Made by a program: the position numbers and the translations under genes. A stretch of DNA of 64,000 nucleotides, taken from the NCBI GenBank assembly GCA_964106915.2, contig OZ066914.1; one strand, 5' to 3'. Origin of the DNA: Podarcis gaigeae (taxonomy: Eukaryota). Of this stretch, positions 44,067 through 57,267 are shown one piece after another (the first letter of the stretch is position 1; each line of letters starts with the position of its first letter). Below the pieces are notes generated by a model that saw only the letters and a list, made by a program, of their open reading frames with translations, ran no database searches and had not been told where the DNA came from.

Positions 44067-45009
44067 TTATTTGGCTTTCTTTCTAAGTAACCCAAGTCCC
44101 TTTTGTGTGTGTGTTGATGCTTGGATTTATGGAAGCAGGTAAACTCCAGCTGGCTTCTATTCCTGCCACTGAGATGATTCATGAATAGTACAAGCACTGC
44201 TTGTATCTTGCTGTCTAAATCTTAGACAGAGAATGATAGAGTTTATCATTGTCTTGAACATTGTCCTCTTTTAAAATTAGCTGATGTAACCATGAAGTAG
44301 AATTCTGGCCATTCTTGTGTTTCATTATTCCATTTAGTTTATATTTAAGGATGATATATAGTGGACTTCTGGAAGCACTTTCACACAGAAAGATGGGAGA
44401 ACTTTCAGAAGACAACATATGAAATGAGAAAATGCCACATTGCTCATTTTCCAATGGAAATAGCTGTGTGAACTGGTGCTTCGAAGCTTAGCATTCTTCC
44501 ATTACGTTTAGAACAAAGTCTAAGGATCCTTCCCTCATTAGGGTTCCATCTGTCACACTAGAACCATCAAAGTTGCTTGATGCCCAGTCAATGTTCCCTG
44601 CATATTAAAATATTCTGCTTTCACATCCAGTCTGTGAATCCAAATTCTGTTGTGTAAATAAAAATTAACTGGAACATGTTGTGTAGTAGTAAGAACAATA
44701 CAGTTAAGGCACTAACTTCCCTTCATGTGAAATTACCTCACAGGAGCTCTGTACTTTTGTGTTCTACGTATGCCCATCTTTTAGATGCAGGATATTTGCT
44801 AGTATTAAAGTTTTGAGGTTTTCCCCAGTATCTGTGTTAGGCTATCAGCTTTTAGGCCACAAATAGTCCCCCCCCCCCCATGGAAATGGACCAGGAAAGG
44901 TGTGACACAAGGCTCACACATGTCTGACTTTAAGCTTGGTTCTTTACTACAGCTAGTCAACACTGAAGATAACAGAACACTGCCGTTGGCAGGGGGATCT
45001 GACAGTGAC

Positions 45010-45185
45010 TGCTTTGTACTGTGTCAGAGCAATAGTCCATCTAACTCAGTGTTGTCTACACTGACAGGCAGCTGCTCTCCAGGGTTTCAGATGGTACATT
45101 TCCACCCCTACCTGAATATGCCCAGGATTGAACATGGGACTTTCTAGATGTAAAGCAGATGCTCCACCACACTGAGCTATGGCCT
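45010..45185 (-). mobile_element. Degraded tRNA-derived SINE (Squam-type); a similar copy lies at about 61725-61885
   Basis: Minus strand GGCCATAGCTCAGTGTGGTGGAGCATCTGCTT...GTTCAATCCTGG gives A and B boxes; both copies share the body. Confidence 0.6.
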
Positions 45186-48100
45186 TTCTCCACATAACTA
45201 ATAAGGGTAGCTTCTCATGTGAATTTAGCCATGAGTGTTCAGATATTTTTTCCTCTGCCATGGCTGCTTCTCACTGACACTACTGTGAATTTATGTAAAT
45301 GCTTCGGGATCATGGCTTACTTTTCTTCTCCATTTTGTGAAACTAAGCTGTTTGACCTTTGGACCCAAGCCACTTCTATCACATGAGTGGAAGGCATGTG
45401 TGTGCATGTTTGTGTTTGTGTGTGTGCTGTGTCTGTCTGTCCATAGACAGCCTCCTTATGCTCCTTGACATGCCATCCTGGAGCGTCCCTGACTCTGGAA
45501 CCAGTATGCATAGGGACATGGGGGCTGCAGATGAGGGAGCATTAGCCTTTGTGAGAACCATGACTAAGCTGTGTAACTTGCTGGTACTTGTGGCAATGGA
45601 GTCTGCAACACATTATAGGCAATTGAGCATCACTTGACTCCCATCTTTCAGTGACTGCAGAAGCTATTGGATGTTGGGGAGGGTGGAACGCGTGAAGAGA
45701 GAACACAACAAAGTGTTGACTGGACTGTGAAATAGTGCTGATGCATCCCCAAACCTCATTTTCTATTGACAAAGTGAATTAATTGCCTTTGTGAACCACA
45801 CATGTGACACAATAAGCTCCTAGTTTGTTGATGTTCAGCCACCAAAACCTGAACTGTTGGCAATTAGCATGATAGGGTTTTTCAAGCTATCACGTGAAGG
45901 AAGCTGAAAAACAACCTGAGTCTGTGTACCGGTGTCATTTATTGATTTGTTTAATTTATATCCCTTTTCTCCAAGAAACCCAAGGTGGTTAACATGACTG
46001 TCCCTTCCCTGTTTTTCCTCACAACAGCCCTGTGAGGTAAGTTAAGCTGAGAGATGACCCAGTGAATTTCATGGCTGAGCGGGGTTTTGAACCCTGGTCT
46101 CCTAGGTCTTAGTCCAACACTCCTGTGGCTATGATGTGCATAGTTGCTGGGGGAAGAGAAATTAGAGAAAATTCTGAGTTATTATGTGCAGGTTTTCAAC
46201 AGTGTTTTCAGTGTGAGGACTGAAGGATGTGATGAAGAGTCCTGAGGTCCAAGAAGGATGTGATATGACTGGAAACCACGTGAAGAAATATACAGGGAAA
46301 ACAAGTGAAGGGTGAAGGTGAAGTGTGTGAAAATAGTCTATTCTAGGGAATGAGATGAATCACATCTCCTCTCTAGAATGGCATTAGCATTGTCCTCTGC
46401 CCAATGCTAAACTGGACTGCACAGGACCAAAAGCTCGTCTGGAAGGGGAGCTGAAGTCTTCACTTTAAATGTGTTGCTGCGTTACAGCTTCACTGAAAGA
46501 CTGAAACGCCATGTATTTTTAATGTCTCCAAGGTCACGTTTCTTCCTGATTAGCCTACTTCCGTCTGTTCCTTTCTTTCTCCGCGCAATGTCTGAGCTTG
46601 CTTCTCTACCCAGTCATGAAATCAAATGTCAGAAACTACTTGGCCACAAAGCAATCCCATAGGGACGCCTGACCCACTTCTGTAAATATGCATCTGGTTG
46701 AGGTTGTTGGCTTTTCTTATTCCAAGGGTACATACAGATGGATCTTTACATGGGGGTTGCCTGGGCTTTTTCTCCCACAGGTCAAGCTCTTGCTCCCTGC
46801 TCCTATTCCTCTCATGTTTGACAAAGAGTACTTATCACTTAGTCAAACACCGAGCTCAATTATCTCTCTTGCTGCTCCCACCAATCTTCAGGTAGACTAG
46901 GTACCTGTTTAAAAAAAGAAGCCAGAGCATGACTTCATTATAAATAAGGGTATTATTATTATTATTATTATTATTATTTCCTTTTTTAAAGTATGCCGCA
47001 CTGCTCTAGGGGTGGGAAGGAAACAGATTTGTCACACCACAAGCACCAACCAATATCTGTTGTGTGCAGTCGATTTTGGTTGGCAGAACTTATTTTTCCA
47101 GAGCTCAAAAGGGAATTGTATAGTGTATAGAACATGGTGAAGGTGCTTCTCCAGCAGGTGAGCTGTTTAAACAACATGTCTGTATGCAACTCAAAAAGGA
47201 CCAAGTCCTAGTTTCCTGCCATCATTTTTAATAGTGGCAACAGAAGCACAGATCAAGGAGCCAGAAAACCTTTCTTTGTCAATTCGCTTCACCACTCTCC
47301 TGCTTTCTATCATCTAAACTGGAAGGGTAGTTAGTTCTGGTTCTTGTTTATTTATTTATTAAAATGTCACATTTTAAACCTGAGCTTTCAGGAATCGTAA
47401 AATAATGTATGTGGAAATGAAGAATTTATCAACTTGTGATATAAATTAGAGATAAAAATATAGACTCGCAGTCACAGAGTTGGCTAAACTTTTTTATTTA
47501 TTTCATCAGCTGGCTGTGATCCAGAAAGCACTATCTTGGCATTGCACAAGGGTATATACACATGTGTGCAAAAAATGCTCTGTGGAATGGAACAATGTTT
47601 CTCTCTTGTCTGAAGCAAGGCCATTCCAATCAGTTGAACAAATACTATGAGTGAATAGGAGGGGCTGTTACCTCCACTTCAGGAAAGGGGAACTTGCAGT
47701 CTTGCAGCTGTTGGACTCCCAACATCAGCCACTACCAGCATGGCCTATAATTACAGGTGATGGAAACTGTAGTCCAGCAACATCTGGAGGCCCACAGGTT
47801 CCCCATCCTTTTCCTTATTAGATCTTTAACCTGAAAACTCTGGGAAATCCTAATGCTTATGGGTGGTATTCAACTAAATTTTACTCAGAGGAGACCTACT
47901 GAAATTAATAGACCTAACTTAGCCATGTTCGTTAATTTCAGTGGGTCGGCTCTGAGTAAAACTTAGTTGAATACCCTCTGGTAATTTTCACGTGGAAACC
48001 GATAGGATTTGAATGTGTGTTTTCTGCAAAAAGCGTGTCTAGTGAATACACATTTGTGCAGGGTTTTTTTTTTTAGTGTGCTGAATCTAGCTTCCTTTGT

Positions 48101-49091
48101 GTGGCTACACTTATGTAAGGCTGTGCATTGCTGAATGTTCTTGTGGATGGAAATGCTTTGAGGTTGTTCTAACACTGATTTTTTCCCCAAAAACAAAAAA
48201 AACCCATTAAATTGAAAACTGTAATTTTTCAGCTGCTGAATTCACTGCTCCAGTGACTTCAGTGAGCTCCTTTGGACCATGCGTGACATCAGTCAGAAGG
48301 CTAGCAGTGGTCTTTTTCTTTGAATCTGCTACCTCCTTTCCCAAGAGTATTTTTCAGCCCCGCCTACGCAGCTATTTCCTCAGTGATGTGAATTGATTAG
48401 TGCTTGTCGTTTGATGTTCAAAATGGTGCTGGAGAGTTGGGTGTTAAGGTGGTGAAAAGCTCCCTCATTATTACTCTTATTTTTCTGTGCTGACTGTGCT
48501 CTTGGCGTTGTTTTTTCTGGTTTTGTCATGTGGCACTGGCATGCTTTGAGGGCTTCTAAGGGCGTTCCATTTCAGAAGAATCCCTCTTCTTAGGTTCTGC
48601 TTTCTTGGTGTAGTTCCTCGATCAATTGCAGCTAAGAAAGTGGGGGGGGGGGGGGGGAGTCCAACAAATCCCTTTATGGGTTATGTGCCCTGATTATATA
48701 TTCATTTCAGTAATTCAAATCTCTGTTGACAACATGTTCAACCAGATAATCTTCATTTTATGTTAACTATTTATTTGCTGGTATTAAAAAGGATTCTGTT
48801 GCCATTCATCTTGGCCACCCATTTGTTAAGTGGTGCTTCTAGTACAGTAATGTTTTAATTTCCAACAATGGCCATTGTGTGTGCGTGCAATTTTTGTTTG
48901 TGAGGCTTACAATCCCTGAATGGTGTGTATCAGTTAACACCTTTATGATGCTGTGTATCCTGTTGCTGTAGGAAACCTGGACAATTATTGTACTGTTTTC
49001 TGAAACTGCTGCTTAAAAGTAAAATTAAAAAAGAGCAAACTTTTTCTCTTGGAGAGTTTTAAAAATAACTTTTTTGTGAACTGTCATGTTA

Positions 49092-49156
49092 AATAAATAT
49101 TCTAAATAGAACTTAATCCATTTCTCCAGTGCCGTGAGGGTTTTGTTTATGTGTTT
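49092..49156 (+). terminator. Candidate distal polyadenylation site
   Basis: AATAAA 49092..49097 after a long U-rich UTR-like tract, with downstream GU-rich ttttgtttatgtgttt. Confidence 0.4.
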
Positions 49157-50639
49157 AACTTCTATTTCTGCACTTCACAACATTGGCTGGATGTAGAGAG
49201 GTACTTGTCTCCATTTTTCAATTTGAGAATCAAGAGTACACCTATCCTGGTCTACATACTAATTACTCATTGACCTTCAATTGGCTGTTTTAAATGGGCT
49301 TGTGAATTCTCCTGCACAAATCCAGATTGTGACACATCAATATCCTGGGGAAAAAATATTCTACAAGTTTCCTGGTTAACACTCATGACAGCATGGTAAA
49401 AATCTACCTCAAAGAAACACCGAAAAATCCAGCCCTCAAGAGCTAGCATAACATGTGCAGGTTTAATGTAATAACATATGCACTAACCTCCCAGATAGAG
49501 AGCCCACATAGGTCCTAGAAACCTTTCAGCACCCTAGAGCCAAGCTGTTTTTGAACTCTCAAAGCCAAGCTGGAGGGTACTTGAATATAATTTGATAAAG
49601 CTCCAGCTTGCTTACCAAGTTTAAAGTCAGGACGCCCCCCCCCCCCCACAAACAAACAAATTAGAAGACCAGGCAGATATTGTAGATGTTTTCCATCTGG
49701 GATAACTTCCCTTTAAAGTATTGAGTTGGACTAGAAGATCAAGGTTCCTTTTGTGAAATTTAACTGGCTCCTTAGTTTCTCCACAGATGGTCTTAATGTT
49801 GAATCTTGCTATATCAAGAAGGCTGGTGCCATGCATCACTAATGCAGTACCATTTAAAGGCCATTCTGCTTCCATGGAAACACAACTACGCAAGACGAAT
49901 CTGCGTGTGCACATCCCTACAGACTCCGGGCTCATTGTGTGATGCCAAGATAGTGACACAGACACAAGTTAGCCATTTATCACTTTCAGAGCCTCACACC
50001 TTCCCTGTGGGATTTATGCTGGAAAACAGAGCAGCCAATCTACTGCTTAGCACTATGTCTTAAATTCTCCTGAATTGTCTGAACTGGGAATTTTATGTGT
50101 TTCATTTGAGTGACAGCTGAATAAAACAACTGGGTAACCTGGACATGTCCTGCATTTCCCCTTTTCCTAAATTCTTTCTTAGACACTGGGTGGTCTTTTT
50201 CCGAAAGCAATAGTCACATGGTTCATTTTGGAGCTTGCTTCTCTCCATCTCCCCACCCTCAACAGAACAGGCGACTGCCATCTGCTGGCCACTTGTAATT
50301 TTTTTCCTGGTTGGCATAGTTAGCTCTGCCCACCTTATGACATTAAAAAAAAAGTGGGTGTGGGTTGTGATTTCACTGTGAATAGTTGCTGTATCCAAAT
50401 ACTAGAACCAGCAGAAGTGCAGAAGGAAGAGGAGGCATATCCCAGACCCAATGATCCTCTATGAACCTTTGCTGTGATGATGGTGCAATAGATGTAATAC
50501 ATTGAGGGCCTTCACTTGGAGAGATTCTAAATGACTTAGTTCAGTTACCCATCACTTTCATTCAGTTTACATTGTGCCTTCAGTGCAGAGTCCTAATGCA
50601 ATTTACTGCATAAATAAGGGGGGACACGTACATTAAGAT

Positions 50640-51110
50640 TAAAACAAGAGCAACTGAAAAGCAATTCCATCAGAGATTTAAAATCTGGAAAGCCAAAAAG
50701 GCTTTTTACTTGGTCTCAAAAAGACTGCAGTGCAAGAAACAGGCAAGCCTCCCTACAGAGAATGCTTCACAAATGGGTGCCACGACTATGATGCCTGTCT
50801 GCATGTGTCCCAGCTGCCTTGATGCAGATAGCAGGAACACCTGGAGGAAAGCTTTGTGGACTATTTAAGTGTATGGGGAGGCTCATACTGAAGTACACCT
50901 GGATAGGTACCCATGCCATTTAGGGCTTTTGAAGGTAAGCACTCACAGGTCAAACCGTGCAAGGAAATGGAGCAGAAGCCAGTGGAAAGTTTTGAGCACT
51001 GGCAAAATACACTCCCACCAACGGAGCCCAGCTAGTATCCTAGAGACCATGTTTAGGGCCAATTAATTTACTGTAGTCCATTCTGGAAGTTACCGAAGTA
51101 TGGAAAACAC
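50640..51110 (-). mobile_element. Old L2 fragment
   Basis: ttagggcttt..aaggt..agcac and ctgtagtccattctggaagttacc correspond to VTSRMDYS on the minus strand. Confidence 0.55.
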
Positions 51111-52529
51111 TTTCTAAACAACTTGTGTTGAACCCCTGGCGCAAATTTTTTTTATGAAAGGTACAGTGAAAATGAACCATGAATTTCAAATGCTGGACTA
51201 CAAAAGGTACAAAGAAGGAAACAATGCAACAGAATGGATGCTGGCATTTATTTATTTTGCAGTGCGGAGTTTTGTTGGCAAACTCAATAAATAACAGTAA
51301 GTTTGAAAGCATTCCAATACATTTTTCCACTATCCCATACTCCCTTTGGGAACACCAGAATGGCTTACATGGGAGCTTGCTGTAGACTCCCTTTCAGTAC
51401 TGATGAGTCGAAATACCTTTTTTAAAAATCCCACCAAACTTAATATATTATTGCGAATGTCTTAGGTGTTTTAATTTTGAATTGCAACCTGCCCTGGGAC
51501 TGGCTGGGGAAAGGCAGGTAATAAAATTTAATAATATAAAGTAATGGTTGGCTACACAGCGGTCTGGCTGCAATACACAGGAACAATTATACTTAAAGCA
51601 CCTCCATTGGAGGTCAATTGATTGAGCATTAAGATGCAGCATTTCTTTCAAAAACACTGTTCTTGTTTATTTAAATGAGGTAAAATTAGATACTCAAGAA
51701 CCTTTTGCAACAGATTTGTATCTGACTTTTTAAATGCATTTTCAAAATGTAGTTTCAGCTAGGTACGGGAAATCAGAATATGGAAATCAGAGGCCAGATG
51801 ATGCTCTGCAGTCTGATTATTCTCTTATGAAGAAGCTCTATGAGTGGCTATCTCAAGACTGAGGAAGGCACAATACTTCTCCTCCAGGATTATTTTTCTG
51901 TCTAAATGGCTACTAGTCATGCTCTGCCTCCACAGTTGGAGGTCACAATGCTTCTGAATACCAGCTGCTGGAAAATCACAGGAGAAGAGGGTGTTCTTGT
52001 ACATGAATTCTGCTTGCAGGTTTCCCAGAGGTACCTGTGAGAGCTGAATGCTGGAATAGAAAGGTGACTGCCCTGATCCGGCAGACTTTTCTTATGTTCT
52101 TAAGAATATTTTTTCTAGGAAGCAGGAGTAGATCCATCTCCTGCAATAGCAACAGAGCTGAGGACCGAAGCTTTCCTGACTCAGCCAGGTCCAGTTGCCC
52201 TGTGTCTATACCGTAGATATGGCGGAGGTGGGTGGGTGGGAGAATGTTTTCAGAGCAAAAGCATCTGGTTTCACAGACAACAGCAAAGACAGAAAGATCA
52301 ATTAGCTTAAATCCCAATTTATCTCAGTGGGAGCTTTGTTTGGTAGGGAGAGTGGAGCCTCATGTTGATTCCACCACCCTCAAAATGAGAGGCCTAACCC
52401 TAACAAACCTTTTACCAGGCAAACTTCTAGCACCATTCGGAACGGCCAAGTAGACAGACAGACTGGGAGGGAAAGCGGAATTCCAACAGGTACCGCTTTT
52501 GTCAGCCCTGGGGCGTGAAAAACTGCACC

Positions 52530-53510
52530 CCTCAAGTCTCTACTACGCGTCTGCGCAGTCAGGCTTACAGTAGAGAAGCGCCGGGGAGGCATAGGCGATA
52601 GACAGGAACCGGCTTTCAGCGAACTTCGCCCCGCGACAACCTTGCTTTCTCCTTTTCTCCTTCCCCTTGTAAACAAACTCACGCACACGTGCAAGCGCAA
52701 GCCGGGGTCCCAGTGCGCACGTGCCTTCTCGGGGCAACGATGGAGCGTGTTTTGGCGGCGCCTTGCTCTCTTTTTACGGGATAAGACACTCATTTTGCCC
52801 CCACGAGGGCGGGATCGGAAGCCTCTTCGCTTCCCAGCCCGCGCGAAGTTCCTGTCTAGCCCATCTCAGAATCCATGCGCCTTCTATCACTTCCTTTCCC
52901 TACTAGGCCGGCGCTGGGGAGGGTCATCCGAGAGCCCCTAGGCGCGGAGAAACAAATCGCTCGGGGCCGCGATCTTAATCATCGCTCCAACCTCCAAGCT
53001 ATTTTGTGCCCTCTCGAATACACACATTAACAGATCTCGTGGCTGCGTTTCATAGGATAACACAGTGCCTGCTGGCGCTACTTCATACTGGGCGACGCTC
53101 CCCTCCCGCGCAAAGAGGAGCCCAGTCGCCGGGGGCTCCTGAGCAGCAGCCTCCCACCCACACGGCGCCAGGCCTCCCTCCTACCACGTTCCCAGCAGCA
53201 AACTCGACTCCCTGCAGCCATTCAGCCTGAAAAGAGCGTCAGGACCTATCGCGGCTCACCTCTTCCTCCCACGCCGCCATCGGCCCCTCCCTTGGTCCCG
53301 CCCACCCGGGGTGTCCCCGCCCACTTTCCCCGCCTCTCTCTTCCTCAGCTTCATGCGGGTCTGCAGTGAGGCATTGTGGGAAACTCCCAGGGTATTTTCC
53401 TCCCCCTCCTTTCCCCGTGCTCTTCATCCGTTCCTCCTCTCTGCGGAACAGCCAGCTTCCAAGGTGTGACATCAGCAAACAGAAGCCCTAAGGTGGAAGT
53501 AAAGGTATGG
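52530..53510. promoter_or_regulatory. CpG island / promoter, probably of the next + strand gene (CEND1 by human synteny, unconfirmed)
   Basis: Sharp rise in GC and CpG content. GC boxes (CCCGCCC/CCCGCC) at about 53296-53335, ETS-like CGGAAG at about 52817, CACGTG E-boxes and GCGC-rich NRF1-like motifs at 52545-52725. + strand splice donor AAG|gtatgg at 53504/53505. Confidence 0.8.
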
Positions 53511-56500
53511 GTCGTTTGTTTTATCCTCGGCCTTCTGGAACATTATAGAAGACACCCCCCACCCCCGAGTAAGGGAACTAGGTAGGCAGGCAAAGAGGGA
53601 TGTGCACGGAGGAGGGAGGGGGGGATGGTGGAGGAGAATGTTTTTGCATGCAGGTGAATGGAGGTAGAGCTGCTTGTTTAAAGCTGCCTGGGCATCTCTG
53701 AGAGCGGGAGAGGTCACTGGGTTGCTAAGATAAAAGCATTTCAGTTGGCAACCCTGGCTTTCCTTAGTGCATTTGTTCTGATTCTGGCAACTGATGCCAC
53801 CTGAGCAAAGTAGGGACGGGGCGGGGGCAAGGGGGAAACACCTGTGAAATGTATTTTGAGTGCTACACCCAGGGCTCCTGTGCCACGTTTTCTTCCTTGA
53901 AGGTCAGATGGTGGGTGTGAGCAGAAGCGGAATACCAACGTCCTACCTATCCTGGGGATTATATAGCACGGCAGAATGTCATCTGCGTTTTGATTTGGTC
54001 ATTGTGCAGCCAGTGCTGCCCAAGCATAACGATTGCAGTGGCTGCCCAGGAGAATTTCTGGCAAGACTTTTTCCGGAGAAGATTTAACATCCGTCTCTGA
54101 GAAATAGATGAGAATTAGAGCATGCTGGCACAATCTAGCAACGCAGCTATTTTTTATAATTTAAATTTAGAAAGTCAGGCTGATGCTATTGTGAAATCAG
54201 GTGTGTTTATTTAAGGCATATTTTATAAACTAAAAATAGATAGAATTGGGAGAGAAATAGGCACCCCTCTTTGTTTTAATCTTGTAACATTAATGGCACA
54301 CTTTTCCAGCTTGAATAATCTTTTATGCTGTATTTTGCATTGGGTGTTTCATTCTCTTTCCTTATTTAGCCATCAGTCCTGCATGTAAGATGCCAAACCA
54401 AACATTGGCTTGCTTGATCAAACCTTTTGAAATTTTAAGCTTAGGGTTATGCTAGAAAAGTGTGTATCTGCGCCTGTAAAATTCTATTAAAACAAAAGGG
54501 GTAGTTCAATGATGCATACTGCATACAGCTTTCTTTTGATATTTTACATCTATCTAAAACTAGTTGGGAAATGGGAGGAACCTAGTGGTAAAGTGGTAGT
54601 TGCTCTTAGCTCTAAAAATAGGCCCTTGTGCATTGTTCCTGGGGGAAGGGGGAGGAGGAAACACTCAACCTAGTGGGTATTGGAATTCATGCTGAGCTAT
54701 GGGATATCTGTATGATGCTGGAAGCTCTAATATTTAGTGTATTTCTGCCTTTGTACTGCCATGTATTCTTCACCTTGTGCCTGGAAAATACCTGTTGGTT
54801 TGGCCTTTTCCTTTAAGTGCCAGGTTTTTCCAAGCATTCAGAAGTTGAGGCTTTAAAGCTCTCAAACGAGGGCTGCCCCTCTCCCCAATGCTGAGCAGCC
54901 TGCAATTGCTAGAAGGTATTAGCGTACTTCACTAACTGAAAACTGGAGATTTCTGGAAATCTTCACCCTTCAGCTATAGCAAGTCCCAGTGAAACATGTG
55001 GACATGTGGACAACTGCACTGCTGGGGCAGGATTGCTTGAGGTTGTTTATTTCGAAGGCCTGACCCTTATTCCATAACTCTAGATTATAGTTTCAGCAGA
55101 ATACAGTTGATACCTTTATCATGTCTAGAACACCCCTGTTCCATAGCACTCTATGGAATACCTTCACCAGATCCAAAATACAATTGCTCTTATTTTTTTA
55201 TTGAACAGCCTTTGGGGGCGTGTTTTGGTATATCATAGCTGTTCAGTATTTCCCAAGCTTGGGTTACATGATCATCTCCTTTACATAGGTGCCATAAGAA
55301 GGGGAACATTCACTCTCTCTTTGCCATTGTGGGTGATGCTGGTGGAGCAATTAAGGGAAACTAGGATGGCCAGAAATCAACCGGCTTCTTTGCAGGCTTT
55401 CCTTATTATTAGACATGCAGAACATCTGATCTCTTGGGCCTGCATGAGTTCTGGATGAAAGCTACTTTTAGCTATCTTCTAAAGGTGTGGCAACAATAAA
55501 ACTCAAGACACTCAGAGTCCTGGCATTCTTGGTCTCCTTTACCATCACTTACTCCTCTGGCATTTTTCCACTGCTGCCTCTTGGCAAGCTTCAGGCCTCC
55601 ATTTCCTTGTGGTCAGGCCTTTGCTTGCTGCAGCAGAAGGGAGGAAGAATTTACTGGCTTCCTTTCCCTCCTCAATAGCATTGCAATAAATAATCCCTCA
55701 TGGAGAGTGTGTGTGGATGATGAGTCAATGATGCTTATATATTTTCCACTAGATAATGTCCTTCTCAGCATTACTGGGGAATAAGTAAGAGGGGAAGCAC
55801 TGTTTTTGTTGGTTAGTGAGGTAGAGTCTGAGTAGGCCTGAGCTTTCCATGGCCACCCCAAGGAGCTTGTGCTGTTCTTTGCTAAAGGTCGTTGCCTCAA
55901 GCTGGGTCAGGATCTCTGTCTGCAATGGCTTCTTGAATTTCAAGTGTGACACGGCAGCTTTGAGCCAGCACCTGCAACGTTTGGGGCCTTGCGAGATTTC
56001 CAACCCAGTCATTTGTCTGCCATAGCAGAGCAAACAGGGGAATTGTTGGGTGACACATCCGGGGCATAGCTTTGAATTGAGTTACAGGGAAACAGAAGTT
56101 ACTAGTTATCAGGAACGCTGATAAGATAAACAGAGCCATCATTCTCAATGGAGCCATTGTTCATCATTGTTTTGTGGCACTGGAGTTTTTTGTTCTTCTT
56201 ATGGTTTTATCTATCTCTGTATTCAACAAGCAGAGAGAAGGAAAAGTCCATGGGCCCGCCATGGCTTATATACAGAAAGAAAGAAAAGCAGGTGGCAGCG
56301 TGACGGTGTTATGACTCAGACTGAACTCATGTTTGGTGAACCAACTTCTATGCCAACTTTATACCTCTGCAAGCTTAACAGCCTGTCCAGGGCAACAACT
56401 CTGTGTGGCAATTAAGTATCCCTAACTCCATTCAGAGATGGAAAAGATGGCATGCCTATATTGGAGGACTGAGGGTTGGTTTGCATGTTTGTTTATCCTG

Positions 56501-57131
56501 AGCTAGGAACAGATCCGACAGGATAATGCACACACTTCAGGCTACTCATCAAACCCTGCAGGGTTGACTTCAGACCCTGAGCTTGAGCCGCTAAGCAGGC
56601 TCCATTCTATGCTGATGGCCTCTTCAGGTGAGGAGCAACAGCGACAGAACACTTGTGAGCTTTGGGTAGATTTGAAACCATTATGATTTTGCAGTGTCCC
56701 CACATAGCATTGCTCTAGGAAACAAAAATGAGGGTTTTCAGACCGCCAATGGGAGCCACAGTGGATTTCATTGAAAGGAGCCTGCGCAGTGGGTCTTGCC
56801 AGGGTCCCGAGGCTTTGGCAGTTGCCCAGGGTTTCTATGTGCTGATGATGGGACTTCCTCCCAGCTGCCAGTTACTCCAGTAACGAGGTGCCCCATTTTG
56901 TTCTTCACAGCTCTGCTGTCTTAATTTGTTAACTCTCAGTGAAGATTCTGGGATGTCCTACCTGCTTTGAAGGAGCAACTCCTCTCCCAAAAGCATGTGT
57001 GTGTCTGTGTGGTGGGTATGCACATAAGGGAGTGTGCAGTGGACACACCACTACTCTTGGAGGGTTGCCCAAATCTTTTGTGTGGTCCTTAGGCTGAAAA
57101 AGGTTAGCCATACGTGCTATAGGCTCTAGTG

Positions 57132-57267
57132 CAGGGTTTCCCAAAATTGGGGCTCCAGCTATTTTTGGACTACTGTTCCCCTCATCCCTGACTACTAGTC
57201 CTGCTAGCTAGGAATGATGGGATTTGTAGTCCAACAACAGCTGGAGACCCAAGTTTGGGAAACCCTT
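57132..57267. mobile_element. Short palindromic hAT MITE (same family as 13224)
   Basis: CAGGGTTTCCCAAA...TTTGGGAAACCCTT; flanks CTCTAGTG/TTGTAGTG. Confidence 0.8.

Noticed and set aside
46221-46270. C/D-box-like motifs (GTGATGA...CTGA)
   Set aside because: Spacing is too short, there is no terminal stem, and it is explained by a local GAAGGATGTGAT duplication.
49787-49942. + strand acceptor followed by a 51-codon ORF
   Set aside because: No recognisable protein similarity and no convincing partner exons.
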